Source: Felis catus (taxonomy: Eukaryota). Taken from it: a stretch of 64,000 nucleotides of DNA. The position numbers and the translations under genes were made by a program. Positions within the stretch are counted from its first letter, which is position 1; each line of letters begins with the position of its first letter. This document shows positions 50,401 through 63,880 of this stretch, in pieces. Below the pieces are notes generated by a model. That model worked only from the letters and a program-made list of their open reading frames with translations, searched no databases and had not been told where the DNA came from. Where the stretch lies: assembly GCF_018350175.1 (NCBI RefSeq), contig NC_058368.1, forward strand, positions 147,624,001 through 147,688,000, in the 5' to 3' direction.

Positions 50401-52556
50401 GTTTTCAATCTACTACAGCATTCTATTACACATACAGTGCTCCCAGTATCCAACATCACCTTCATTCTGTCAAGGTCAGCTACTATTCATGGATAGAGAT
50501 TAAAATCGTATTATTTGTGGTGGTTGTGCTTAGTGCTTTTCTCGTGTTTCCTCTGTTGACTTGCATGAAAAATGAGGCTAGATCAAAAATTTCCTATTTC
50601 TTTTTTTAAATGAATACTCTAAATGAGTAAACAATGGATTTCGAAACATTGTCTCATGTTTGTGAAAAAAAATAAAAATGGAGAAAAAACTCAAGAGTGA
50701 AAAGCACTTGGTGCAGAATGTTGAAAGGGGGGGGGGTTCTGTTTCTCCTGATTTCCTTAAAGGACCAAAGGTAAGGAAAGTAGTTTTTATTATTGTAGGA
50801 CCATTATCCTAAAGACACCTCCAATGGATGGCCACTTTCCTAGGTTTATGAAGATACCACTAATCCTCTTTTCCTTATCCTCAGTACACAAACCAGTCTA
50901 TAGAAAGACCACAAATAAGCAGTTCACTAAAACAGGGATTTCTAGGTGCAGTGTAGACGGGGTAGCTAGTAGTGTGTTTTGGGAGAACAAATTTTCATAA
51001 AGTAAGTAGCAGAGAGAAGAAGCATCCAAAAGAACCAATGAATGGGATTGCCAGCACCAGCCAGAAGGCTGTGCGCTTCGTGCTCTCCATACTGCTGACA
51101 GGCAAAAGCATATTCTAGGGCTCCCACTGGCATGGAGCACAATGGAAGAATTGAAAGCCTGCAGGTTAGGGGAATATACATTAATGTAGAGACTAAATTT
51201 TTTTTTGTTTTTTTGGGGGGGGGTTGCGAAAGTCTGAGGCTACGTGGAGTAGTCCTTCAAGTCAAGGAGAAGAGAAACTGCAGAAGTGGAGCAACCTGCC
51301 CTCCCACTAAGGGGTTTTCCATTGGGCTAAGTGGATAGTCTGAAAGAAAGCCAGGCTTGAGGTCATCTCAAAATTACCCCACTCAAAAGCATAACATTTT
51401 AGGGTAAGGGAACTTCTATAAGAAGAAGCTGGGAAAGCACTTCATCGAGCATGAGAGAGGTTGGAAGAGATTCATAAGAGTATATTTCATAGACTAAGAC
51501 CCACAGGACCTTGATGGGCCCACAAATGTGGCTTACAAGAGAACCTGCAGTGGGGTACCTATCATAAAGAGGTTATCTGTGACCATGTTACAACAGCATG
51601 AGCACTCTAAACTTTCTACCTGATACTGACCCTCATTTCTCTATTTTAACAGAATATCAATTTCCTACTTTTCAGCTTAACATGTGCTATTTTAAGAAAT
51701 GGCCAGTAAAAAGTTTTACTAAAACATAAACTTAAGTTTATGTTAAAGGCAATGACCGGACACTGTTGAGGTTAATAAACCTCTAGGAGGTTCCAACATC
51801 ATCTTAGAATCTTCCCTTTTATGTCGAGACTCCATACATTTACAAGGAGTTATGACAGACCCAACAGCATAAATCTAAACACTAGGTCATAGCCCAGTGA
51901 TAAAAATAGACTATGACATTTACAGAATAAAATTTCTACAGCTTTTCACTCTAAAGTGTATTCTGTTTTTAGACGGATTATACAAGCACAGTTCCATTGC
52001 TTATATAGCTCATTTCCAGGAGCCATTTCTGAAAATATGAAGTATATTAGCTCCTGTCAGAGTGATCCAGGACAAAAGAAGATGTGAATTCAAAGTTATT
52101 GCCAGACCTTTTGCATAGTTTCAGCTTTTCTCCCTCTGCTAACCTTGTCCCCCACGTCCACACTGTCCCTTGCATTATTCTAGTCCCCAGTTATCGTCTT
52201 CCTTTGACTGTTTTGTAGCTGCCAAGCCCTGCACTAGGAGTTCCTTTACTTCCTTTCCTTGGTCCAAACACCAAGGTCTGCATTACACTGTCCCACCTGC
52301 CACGCATCTCAGAGCCTCTGTTCTAAGAAAAAACTAAAATATAACAATACATACTGCTTCATAAGCTAACACACAGAGGTACAAAAAAAATGCATTTAAA
52401 ATTTCATACAAAATAATACTTTTGGGTAATTGAAGTCTTTTTTAACTGCCTCAGATGACACCATTTTGTTTACTGAATAAGACAATAAAGGGCATTGAAA
52501 TTGATAACACGTATGTGGCATTTACAACACATTTCCTACCTTTAATTAGAAAATAT

Positions 52557-52781
52557 GGGGCGCCTGGGTGGTGCAGTCGGTTAAGCGTCCGACTTCAGCC
52601 AGGTCACGATCTCGCGGTCCGTGAGTTCAAGCCCCGCATCGGGCTCTGGGCTGATGGCTCCGAGCCTGGAGCCTGTTTCCGATTCTGTGTCTCCCTCTCT
52701 CTCTGCCCCTCCCCCGTTCATGCTCTGTCTCTCTCTGTCCCAAAAATAAATAAATTTGAAAAAAAAATTAAAAAAAAAAAA
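52557..52781 (+). mobile_element. Young felid CanSINE
   Basis: Near-consensus body with poly(A); short flanking repeat agaaaata. Confidence 0.96.
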
Positions 52782-52802
52782 GTAAAAGAAAATAGTAATT
52801 CA

Positions 52803-52985
52803 GGGGCACCTAGGTGGCTCAGTTGGTTGAGCATCTGACTCATAATTTAGGCTCAGGTCATGATTCTGGGGTAGTCAGATCGAACCCCATGTCAGACTCC
52901 ATGCTAAAAGCTTAAGATTCGCTCCCTCCCTCTGTCCCCCTCACCTGCTTGCGTGCTCTCTCAAATCAATCAATCAATCAATTTT
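52803..52985 (+). mobile_element. Older CanSINE with (ATCA)n tail
   Basis: ggggcacctaggtggctcagttggttgagc head. Confidence 0.9.
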
Positions 52986-53710
52986 CAGTCTGGAGTTGGT
53001 TTGAGGCACCAATTCTCTTAAAAATTTTAAATGAATAAAGTTCAGGTATCTTTTTCTCCTCTAAATGCCTAAGTCCTTTCCTCCAAAAAACTTTCCTCCA
53101 ACCATTTACTGTATTATAACAACATATGATGTTCATGATTTTCTTGTTCCAAATTTTTACATATTTATTGAGATATCATTGATAAATTATAAACTACATA
53201 TATTTATAGTGTATAAGTTGGCAAAACTTGACATACATACATACCTGTGAGATCACCACCACCAAGATACTGATCATATCCTCAAAAGTTTACTCAAAAA
53301 ATTCCCTTTGTAATTCCCCATGCTCTCTCTCCCCACCTTCTACAACCCCATCCCAGGTGAACACTGATTCACTGCTATCACTACACAAAAGTCTACATTT
53401 GTGAAAGTTTATGCAGACATAATTACACTGTGTGTATAATTTTGCTGTTTGTCTTCACTCACTCTGCACAATAATTCTGAGACTTATCCAAGTTGTTGTA
53501 TTAATGTTTTGTTAGTTTTTGTTGTAAGTAACATCCCATTGTATAGATGAACTCTACAGATGAAATTTGTTCATGTATTCACTGGTTCATGGACATTTGT
53601 GTTGCTACTAGCTTTTTGGCTATTACAATAAAGCTATCTTAGGAACTTCTGTATTTATGTACACACCTTTGTATGGATGTATGCTTTCATTTATTTAAAA
53701 AAAAATTTAA

Positions 53711-53944
53711 GGGGCGCCTGGGTGGCGCAGTCGGTTAAGCGTCCGACTTCAGCCAGGTCACGATCTCGCGGTCCGGGAGTTCGAGCCCCGCATCAGGCTC
53801 TGGGCTGATGGCTCCGAGCCTGGAGCCTGTTTCCGATTCTGTGTCTCCCTCTCTCTCTGCCCCTCCCCCGTTCATGCTCTGTCTCTCTCTGTCCCAAAAA
53901 TAAATAAAAACGTTGAAAAAAAAATAAAAAAATAAAAAATAAAT
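53711..53944 (+). mobile_element. Young felid CanSINE nested in the tail of an antisense SINE
   Basis: TSD aaaaaaaatttaa 53698-53710 / 53945-53957. Confidence 0.95.
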
Positions 53945-53957
53945 AAAAAAAATTTAA

Positions 53958-54151
53958 GCTTATTTATTTGGAGACAGAGATAGCACGAGTGGGGGAGGGG
54001 CAGAGAGCAAGGGAGACAGAGAATCCCAAGTAGCCTGTGTGCTGCCAACACAGAATCCAATGCAGAGATTGAACTCACAAAACCACGAGATCACAACCTG
54101 AGCTGAAACCAAGAGTCAGATGCTTAACTGATAGAGCCAACCAGACACCCC
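53958..54151 (-). mobile_element. Older CanSINE (tail end displaced to about 53693-53710)
   Basis: Outer TSD tatgctttcattt 53680-53692 / tatgcttccattt 54154-54166. Confidence 0.9.
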
Positions 54152-55579
54152 TATATGCTTCCATTTCTTGATAAATACTCAAAAGTGGAATGGCTGGATC
54201 ACACAGGGGGTATATGCTTAATGTTTCAACAAACAGCCAAAATGTTTTCCAAAGGTGTTACGCTATTTTACATTTTCCTCAACAGTATCTGAGTATTCCA
54301 GTTTTCCTGTATTCTCATCAACACTTGGTGTGGTGAATCTTTTTAATTTTAACCATGTTTATGTAGTAGAAACTCATTGTGGTTCCAATTTGTGGTTCCC
54401 TAATGACTAATGACATAAAGCATCTTTTCATATGCTTTTCATCTGTGTATCTTCTTTGGTAACGTGGTCATTCAATGCTTTTTCCTTCATTTATTTTTAC
54501 TTGGGTTATTTGTTTCTTAGTGTGTTTTTAAAGTTTTTAGAGCAGAGACTTTTCTCCCAGGATTTGGCTCATCTTTCAATTCTCTTAATAGGGTCTTTCA
54601 GAAAGAAGTTTTGTTCATCAAAATGTGTGAGTTTATTCTTTCCTAACTTGCACATTTGATGTTTTTTCTATGAAATTTTCAGGCAAAGATCTCAAAGCTT
54701 TTTTTTTTTTTTTTGACATTTCCTTCTGGAATCTTTATACTGTTAGCTTTTACATGAAGGTCTCTGATCCATTTTGAGTCAATTTTTACACACAGGTAAG
54801 GTATGGTGTAAGGTTTTTCTTTTTTTTTTTTTTTTCTTTTTGCATATGTCTATTTTTCCAACATCATTTTTTGAAAAAAAAATCTGCTTTTCAACATTAA
54901 TTGTCTTTGCATTGTGAAAAATTAGTTTGCTGTATTTGTATGGATTGACTTCTGGACTACTATGTTCCATTCACCTATTTTTGCATTAATGTCACACCAT
55001 CTTGATCATTGTAACTTTATAATATGATCACCTGGTGTTAATATTTCATACTGCTATTTTCAAAGTTGTTCGGGCTACTACAGGTCATTTACATTCCCAT
55101 ATGAATTTTACAATCAGCTTGTGAAGTTCTATATCAGAGTCTTCTGGAGATTGTCACTGTGTTGAATCTATAGATGATTTAGGGAGAATTGACATCTTAA
55201 CAATGGAATGCTTCACCCCATGAACATGGTATACCTTTCCATTTATTAATGTATTCTTTAATTTCTCTCAGCAATGTTTTGTAGTTTCACTGTGAAGGTG
55301 ATTTATAGCTTTTGTCAAATTTGTACTTAAATATTTCATGTGTTCCATATTATAAATACACTGTCTACTAGGAATGAATAATCCCAAATGGGTATTAATC
55401 ACTAATCTGAGTATATATCTCATCACCTTTTCTACAGACTCTTATGTCTATTAATAAAGGCAGTTATACTTCTCTCTTTCTAATCTGGATTGCCTTAATT
55501 TCTTTTTCCTACTTCAGTTCCAGTACAATGTTGAACACTGGTGGTAACAAGCAGATATATTGGTCTTATTCCTCATTAT

Positions 55580-56600
55580 GTATTCAAGTTCTTGACTTTC
55601 TTCTTCTGTAGTGTTTAATCTGCTACAAATTCCTTCAGTTCATTTTTTATCCTCCACATTGTAATTACCATTTCTAGAAGTTCTATTTGGGTCTTGTTTG
55701 CCATATCCTCTATGGCTTTACTTAAATGTTTATACATTTCTATTATATAGTTGTTTTAATGTTCTTGTCTGATAATTTTAACATTTGTGTCATCTGGGTG
55801 TGTTTAGATGGATTCATTTTTCTCATTATGAGTTTTGTTTTCTGCTTTTTACATGCCTGGTACATTTTCATTAGTTTGAGATACTATAAATTTTACCTTG
55901 CTGTGTCCTAGATAATTCTGCATTTCTATAAATATTCAGGAGCTACATTCTGGGAAAGTTATTTGGAGGCAGTTCGATCCTTTCAGAATTTGCTTTTAAA
56001 ATGTGTTACATGGGACACATTAATGTAAAATGTGTTACATTAGCCCAATATAGAGCTAATTGTTCCCCACTACTGAGGCAAAACCCTTCTGTGTATTCTC
56101 CCCAGTGCCTGTGAAACAAAGTTTTCAAGTCTGTGAGAGTGCCTGGCATGGTTACCTATACACCTTTGGGAGTGCATCTCATGCCTTGGGTAGTTTCCTC
56201 ATACACATGCTCTGATTAGGACTAAGCTAACACTAGATGGAGACTCTTTGTAGATCTCCAAAGCAAAGCTCTTTCTCTGGTACTCTGACTTTTCCATGAA
56301 ATCTCTTCCATTTTCTGAATCCTTAGCTCAGTCTCAACTTGTGGAGCCCATCAGGCTGTGGATTCCATACAGGTCTCTCTACTTACGCCAGACCCTGGGA
56401 AATTTTTCAAGCAGGAAGCTGGACATAACACTGCTGGGCCAATTCTAGGATTCATCCATATTATTGTCTCTCAAGGGTCACTATCTTTGTTGCCTGATGT
56501 TGATTCTCTAGAAAACCATTGGGTCACAAAATTTGTTCATGTTTTAGTTGTTTCAAGCAGTAAATCCAGTGAGTATTGCTCAACCGTGTCTGGAAGTGAT
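55580..56600 (-). mobile_element. Ancient L1M ORF1/5' region remnant
   Basis: catttctagaagttctatttgggtc, gttttaatgttcttgtctgataattt; recalled similarity. Confidence 0.5.
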
Positions 56601-57034
56601 AAGCAGTTCTTAAAAAATGTTAATCATCCCTTTATTTCCCATCTTTCCATGGGTAACTAGCATGTTTTGCCAAAAAAGGAAAAAAAAAGAAAAGGAAATA
56701 TTCCCAGATCCAAAATCCTTCTCTTAGTCTAATGCAGACAACCTTTTAAGTCCTTTTAATTCTTTTATGCTATCCAGACACAGCTCTGGGGTAAGTTACA
56801 TCTCCAGTTCATTCAGTTGACCAAATATTCTAATCAAATTTATGATTTGGGTTAGACATGTATGTAGGATACTGGAATCCTTAGCTTGTGGTTGATAGAC
56901 ATCCTACCACTAGTAATCTACTCCAGCCTTAAATCCATGTGTGGATTCAACACACGTATTGTTGGCTTTGTTTACAATGAATTGGTAAGATTACTGATTT
57001 ATAGTAAGTTAGTGGAAAAGCAAATAAAGTAAGA

Positions 57035-57200
57035 GCTATAGCTAACATTTCTTAAGCCCTTTTCACACACCATGCACTATTTTTAATGGTTTACATGTAT
57101 TAACTCATTTAATTCTTACAATAACATTTTGAGATCAGTACTATTACTGTTCTCATTTTAAGATGAGGAAACTGAAAAAGAAATATGAGGAAACTGAACC
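57035..57200 (-). mobile_element. MIR
   Basis: Core tttacatgtattaactcatttaattcttacaataac...cattttaagatgaggaaactga. Confidence 0.85.
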
Positions 57201-57499
57201 ATATGTAAACCTATGGTGATTGCATGCATTTACTTGTCCAGCAAACCAGTTTTAGGGAAATATAAGGGAAATACAATTAAGGGATAATTATAAACAAATT
57301 GCTAAAAAAAATATAGTATTTAAATAACAAACCAGAGAGATAGAAGATGAAAGAAAAAGTGTAGCAGACAAATTATTAGCATTCAGAAAACTATAGATAC
57401 ATTAGGAAACATTTCTTTTTCCAAAGTTTAAAGGTTTTATTATCAGTACTATCCCTGTCAATAATAGAAGGCAAAAAGAGGGTTTCTTGGAGGTTTTTA

Positions 57500-57698
57500 A
57501 TGTTTATTTATTTTTGAGAGACATAGACAGAATGTGAGCAGGGGAGGGGCAGAGAGAGAGAGACACACAGGATACGAACCAAGCTCCAGGCTCTGAGCTG
57601 TCAGCACAAAGCCTAGCACGGGGTCCGAACTCACAAACCATGAGATCATGACCCAAGTATAAGGGGACCGCTTAATCGACTGAGCCACCCAGGTGTCC
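57500..57698 (-). mobile_element. Older felid CanSINE
   Basis: TSD cttggaggt(t/c)ttta 57486-57499 / 57699-57712. Confidence 0.92.
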
Positions 57699-59199
57699 CT
57701 TGGAGGTCTTTAAATAGGGAGTTGACTGGCTGGTGAGGAAGAACATAAGACAGCCATTAGAATAGTCTGAAAATGAATTGGAGTGGGTTGGCCCCAATGG
57801 AAATAGTAAGGAAGGACATTTGTGAGAGTTATAGTGATAGCGTAATTTAGTATGGCTAAGTGAACACACAGAGGGACAGACACCGTGGTGGGAAATGACA
57901 AGCAGAAGAGAAGAGGCAAAGATGGTTCTGATGTTCCAACCCATGGATGATGCTTTAAAATGGTGATGTTACTGATAGAATTAGGGTAGAGAGGGATAAG
58001 GAGGATAATAAAAGATCTTTAAAGAATCCTTTTTATGGATGGTAGAATGATCAGGTGGGCACTTTGTAGAATAAGCTGATAACTCCCTTTTAATCAGTGA
58101 TGTGATCACATGAAAATATTAATGCAGCTTCCAAAAACATTTTATGATTTGAGAGAGATTCAGTTCCCAGAAGAACTGTTATTTAAAATCATTTGTGATT
58201 GAGTGTGAAAAGACAGAATAACAGATACCAATATTCATCAGGGGAAAAAATCTGGCATATACTCTATTCTTATTTTTAAAACCAATTTTTTTGGGCTTTA
58301 ACATAGGTTTGTGGTAATGATATGAACTATGTTACATATGTTATGAAGCTAGAGACCATCAGTTTATAGGGAGATAATTATAAAATTATTGACAAGATTT
58401 TCAGAAGGGAAAAGTACATTAAAAAGTAGAAAAGTAACATTTCTTGTCTGATTAAAATTGCTGTTAGTTTTGGTATCTAGGTTTTATACCACTATTAAAT
58501 CTTTATTTGTAAATTCTAAATTATCTATACATGGCAAGAAGATCTACAAGAACATCTACTAAGGATACCCTTATTCTCAACAGTGGCAGTTGGCAATAGG
58601 CCACTGGACTCATTACACAGTATGTAATGAATGCAGAGTTGAGAAAACCTTCCATTTGGTGGCTCAGACGAGGAAACCCCTCAAGAAAGCTGCAGAGCCT
58701 TAAAGTCAAAAGCTTAATCAATCTTATCTTACTTGTAAAATTCATGCAATTTTATTTTCAGTTTTGGTAGTTTTCTACATAAACTGAGTATTTTGATGGT
58801 TGTGTATGTGCTTTTCCTTGAAGGTGAATCCAGTAGCTTCAGAATCACTTTATTATATACTAAAAGGTAGGGATTTAATCACTTCTTTACCCCTTGCCTA
58901 GATTGATAGTTTCCCAAATTTCATTCTGTTTTTTTATTTTTAACTTCAACTAAATTTTGAGCCATTCATTAATAAAATACTGATCTACTGATGAACAACA
59001 TAATTCTACTGATTATTATGTAAAAAGTTATAACTTCTTAATCATTTATTTTTACCTCTTATTTTTCATGTTTTCTGTTTCCTTTTTTGAATTTTGAGTT
59101 AGTTTCTTTTAAAACAAAAAGTATTAACATAGATAAAAATAATTTTTGTTGTTTTTGTTAGCACAGGTAACTAGTGAAGAGCACTGACCCTGCAGATGG

Positions 59200-59310
59200 A
59201 AGGCCTCGATTTAATCTTGGCCCCCAAATTCTGTTGTGTGAACTGAGGCAGGTTGCTGCCTGTTTGTGCTTCGTTTTCACTCCCTGGTAAAAATGAGACT
59301 GTAGGAATTA
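59200..59310 (+). mobile_element. MIR remnant
   Basis: ttaatcttggcccc...ttgtgtgaactgaggcaggttgct...gtaaaaatgag. Confidence 0.5.
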
Positions 59311-59423
59311 TATGTAGCAAGCCAAGCAAAGCACCAATTGCTGAAACATATTTTAGGATACCGTTGCTGCCATTGTTAGGGCAAAGTGTCATTTCACTAA
59401 ATCTGAGAGTGCTCGTCCTGTTT

Positions 59424-59648
59424 TGTTTTTTTTTTTTTTCTTCAACGTTTATTTATTTTTTTGGGGACAGAGAGAGACAGAGCATGAACGGGGGAGGGGC
59501 AGAGAGAGAGGGAGACACAGAATCGGAAACAGGCTCCAGGCTCGGAGCCATCAGCCCAGAGCCCGACGCGGGGCTCGAACTCCCGGACCGCGAGATCGTG
59601 ACCTGGCTGAAGTCGGACGCTTAACCGACTGCGCCACCCAGGCGCCCC
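59424..59648 (-). mobile_element. Young felid CanSINE
   Basis: Exact TSD ctcgtcctgttt 59412-59423 / 59651-59662. Confidence 0.96.
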
Positions 59649-59732
59649 ATCTCGTCCTGTTTAAAAGAGGCTCACAAGGAACATAATAACTGTGCCTTTT
59701 GAAAGTCTATCTTTTGCCTATAGATAAAAGTC

Positions 59733-59734
59733 GT

Positions 59735-59814
<80 letters not shown>
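59733..59814 (+). repeat. Compound microsatellite (GT)n(GA)n(CAGA)n
   Basis: Directly visible. Confidence 0.97.
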
Positions 59815-59815
<1 letters not shown>

Positions 59816-61179
59816 TGGAGTAAAAGGTATACTGAAGTGGCTAATCGTATATAAAGAAGTGATTCTGAATAATTACAAAGCTCTAATTATTGAACAGGTT
59901 TCCCCGCAAATTTCGTGAGTTTTTATTAGCAGAGTTAGTCAAGCAGGATCAAATTACCACTTACTGGTGATTTTTTTGAAGGGAGTCATGCGCTTAAAGA
60001 GTGTTGGAATCAATGACCTCCACAATCCATTAAATTAAAGGATTTTGTGAATTATATACACATAGTAACCAACTATCCTACCATTTAATCTAGTACCTCT
60101 GGCTCTTCTCTCCTTTATCACCTATTAAATTAGAGATACAACTTCCCTTGAGGCAGACTCTCATTTTTTCCCTCTTCTGAATTAAGTCAGAAGATGAACC
60201 CTCAGCTCTAGTTAAGTATCATGATCCCTTTGCCATGCGGCCACCCTGACTCTAATACCTTGTGGATCTGGCTTTAGCAGAATGGTAAACCTACAGACTA
60301 AGCATTTATTTCATTTATTTTACTTGGTGATGAAATTAGGAATTAATTCCCACCTTTTCTCTCCATCCTTAAATTAAATTCACTGAACATGATTAGTAGT
60401 TTCAGAGTGCTGGTTCAATATACTTTACACATATTTCTTTACATAATTCTCCAAATCAACACTGAATATGAAATAATTTAATATGTTACCTTCAAGACAG
60501 ATTTTGCATACCAAATGCACCTGACCTACTGGGCACAGATCCTTCCTCAGGGTCTGTGTATCATTTACTTGAGTCACAGCCGACACCTACTTTCCACCTA
60601 CCACTTTATACTCTGTCCTGAAACCTTCAATCTTAGAGTCATTTTCAAATGATTCTTTGTGATCCCATTCAATTTGCAAGCTGATTTACATGCCCTATGT
60701 CTGTGGGAAATGCCATGATACTTTCAATCTGTTCCACTTAACAAATTTGTTGCACAGTAGGAAAGCTATTCCAATCATTCTTTCATGATGTAAATTTGCA
60801 TAGAAAGGAGATGTCCCTTTGTCAGTCTTTTGAAGGTTACGGACTTCACCCTGTTTATTAAGTGAACAATGTCAAGAAGCAAATTTTAAGGCACTATTAT
60901 CTCTGTCCTTTTATCTCTTCTTCTTGTTTGTGGAATTTAAATTCATGCTGTGCAAGCACAAACAAAAAGTACATCAGAGGGAAATTAGATTATTCAAACA
61001 AATATATACACCATTTTTAGAATTCACCAATAATAAGTATCTTGCTCATATCAGCAGGAATTATTTGTCCTCTTCCCCACATTTAGGGGTGGGTATTAGA
61101 AATACAAGCCAAAGGAATACAGGTATTCTGTATTCTTGAGCTTACTAGAGGACACAATATCAACTTCTACAACTGCTTT

Positions 61180-61285
61180 ATTGCTCTTAATCATTGTAAC
61201 AATCCTCAGACTTGCGTATTTCTACTGCCACTTTTATTAAAGAGAAATGTGAAAGTTAGAGGAGTTTTATGATCATCTCATGGTA
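61180..61285 (-). mobile_element. MIR remnant
   Basis: ttaatcattgtaacaatcct...ccacttttattaaagagaaatgtgaaagttagagg. Confidence 0.45.
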
Positions 61286-62699
61286 GCACTTGCACAACAC
61301 CAAAAATAATGGAATCTACTCAAAGCTTCTAAATGAAGAACAATATGATCAAAACAGTGTTTAATTACAACACTTCCTCTCTATATATTTGCCCCAGTCA
61401 TATCCTCTGGCTAATCCTCTTTAACAGAGCTTTAAAACCTTTTATTGACATTGCCTTTTATTATTTGGAAATAGCCATTAATATCATACCAACAGTATCT
61501 TTTTCAGAAATTTGTAATACAATTGAAAATTCTAAACCCTAATATGATATTTACAGTCTCTTTGCATGTACTTATAGAAATAAACCTTTCATGGAGTAGG
61601 ACTTCAGAGGTAAACAAAGGTCTTCTGATATTTCATTATTAAAATTTAACTTCATGCTTCATTGACAATAAAACTTTCTCTACATGTGGTGGATATGTAA
61701 AGAATTATTCTTTCATTTCTACGTTAATATAAATGTGGAATAGTCTAATAAGGGGCTGAAAGGTAAAAACCTGAAGAAACAGGGCATTTCAAGATTAAGG
61801 GAATTAGGGCTATGGCTGGGATGGAGAAGTTAACCAACCGAAGTGGCTACTTGAAAAAACCAAGATGAACGCCGGTGAAGATAGTCTTGCAGAGAACAGA
61901 ATGGAAATTAAGTGATGGCTAGACAATAAGTGCTACATTTCTACAGCTCTAACATACCATCAATTTATTAACAACCTTTCAGAAGTGTTGTGTCATAATT
62001 TTGGAAATGTTAAAATATACAACTCAAGGAAAGAATCCTTGGTCTTAAAATACCTAGGTACCTTAAAAAAAGGTTATCATAAATATTGTGACACTTAGAC
62101 TAGAAGTCATTTTTCTATTCCTTCTAATAAGATTGTAAATACCCAAGTCTATATCACATCTGCCTTTCCTTTAAAATGCATAAGGTTATTCCTATATTCA
62201 TTACTAAAACCTGCAGGGCTTGGGGCTAGACATGTTTTCTAGCAACAGATAGTGTTGAGTTGTGTTTTTCTGTTTTCTTTTTTGTTTATTTTTAAGGATA
62301 AATGGTATACTGGAAGTCTATAGCATAAGATGGCTTATGATTTTTTTAAAGCCTCTTATGTGCCTAATGAATACCAAACGTTGGTCAACCAAGTGGCTGT
62401 TGCGAAAGATCACTGGAGCAGGAATAAGGACTGCAAGTGTTGGGATGCGCCAGCACATCTGGCTGTACTGGAAAGCCTACACAAAGAAAATGGCTTGATC
62501 AGGCTTTAAATTCCTGGCTTGAGAAATACACAGAGGGCCAAGGAGCTATGATAACTATACTAATATAATCCCTTCTTTCTATTATCACATTGGTTGATGT
62601 AGCTGGAAACCAGGCAGAAGTTTAATCCACCATCTCCAATATTTTTTGTGAAATTTAATGTATAAACTGTTAATGACCAAAGCTCAGAGAAATAAAAGG

Positions 62700-63240
62700 G
62701 TATAGAAGCAACCTAACTGTCCATCAGTGGATGACTATATAAAGAATGTGTGGGATTTGTGTATATACACATGCACGCAGTGAACTATTACTCAGCCATA
62801 AAAAAAGAATGAAATCTTTCCATTTGGGACATGGATGGACCTAGAGGGTATTAGGCTAAGTTAAATAAGTCAGAAAAATATAAATACCATATGATTAACC
62901 TGTGTGTGGAATATTAAAAAAAGGAAGCAGACAGAGAAAAAGATTCATAAATATAGAGATAAACTGATGGTTGCCAGAGGGGAGGGGGACGTCAGGTGAG
63001 TGAAGGGGAGTAACAGATACAAATTTCCAGTTATAATATAAGTCATGGGGATGAGAAGTACAACATAAGGAGTGTAGTTAACAATATTGTAATAACATTG
63101 TAGTGTGACAGATGGTATCTACACTTGGGATAAGCAGTGCATAATATATAAAATTGTCAAATCACTATATTGTACACCTCGAAATGATACATCATACATC
63201 AACTACAATTGAAATTGGAAAATTAAATAAAAAATAAAAT
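62700..63240 (+). mobile_element. Old L1 3' end (L1MA9 / early carnivore type)
   Basis: gaagcaacctaactgtccatcagtggatga, tattactcagccataaaaaaagaatgaaatc, atcactatattgtacacct, A-rich tail. Confidence 0.9.
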
Positions 63241-63399
63241 GTACTTTAAGTATTCATTGTTTAGCTCACAAATTCATGCATAAGTATTCTTGAACACATT
63301 ATTTTTTTCTAATGTCTGTATCTGCAAATGGAACCGGAATTTACCTTTGCCCTGCTATAGTATACAGGATGGAGTAGCCTGAGTCAACCAGAGGAATAG

Positions 63400-63880
63400 T
63401 ATTTGTAAAGACACAAGAAGGTGACAACTACGAATAGTTTAGTATGGCTAGAGAAAAAGATCAAAGTTGGCAAGTAAAAGATTGCTGTAAAATGAGACTT
63501 GAGAGTTTGAAAGGAACAGATAATGAAAGACTTTGGATTTTATTTCATAAGGCAATAGTAAGCAATTAAATTTATATGAGAGTAACATCATGTTTTTTGA
63601 AAAATGCCTTGAAAGGTATGATCAGAGACCAGGAGTTCAGTAAACGGTATGGCATAATAATTCATGTGTGATTAGTAAGAACATGGACTTAGGTAGAACC
63701 AGTGATGATAAATGTAGTTACCAATTCTATAGACATTAATAAAGTAAAATAAAATGTACATAATGATGGGCATGGGTGGAAAGGAAAAAAAAATAGCAAA
63801 GGATAAAACCTAGGTTTCTAGCCCATAGTTAAGAAATGGTGCAATGATGGTAGTAATAAATATGGAGAAGTTACTAAAGC
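63400..63880 (-). mobile_element. Probable LINE-2 remnant
   Basis: Purine-rich L2-like motifs aaagactttggattttatttc, cctaggtttctagc. Confidence 0.45.

Larger units (their letters stand above)
53165..55575 (-). mobile_element. Old L1M (MD/ME1-like) 3' UTR and ORF2 remnant, interrupted by two SINEs
   Basis: Antisense motifs tttattgagata, aaagtggaatggctggatcac, tttccaaaggtgttac, tccagtacaatgttgaa. Confidence 0.85.

Noticed and set aside
55996..56040. Direct repeat taaaatgtgttacat twice (similar short duplication at about 12184-12212)
   Set aside because: Ordinary local slippage duplications; two units only, not an array.
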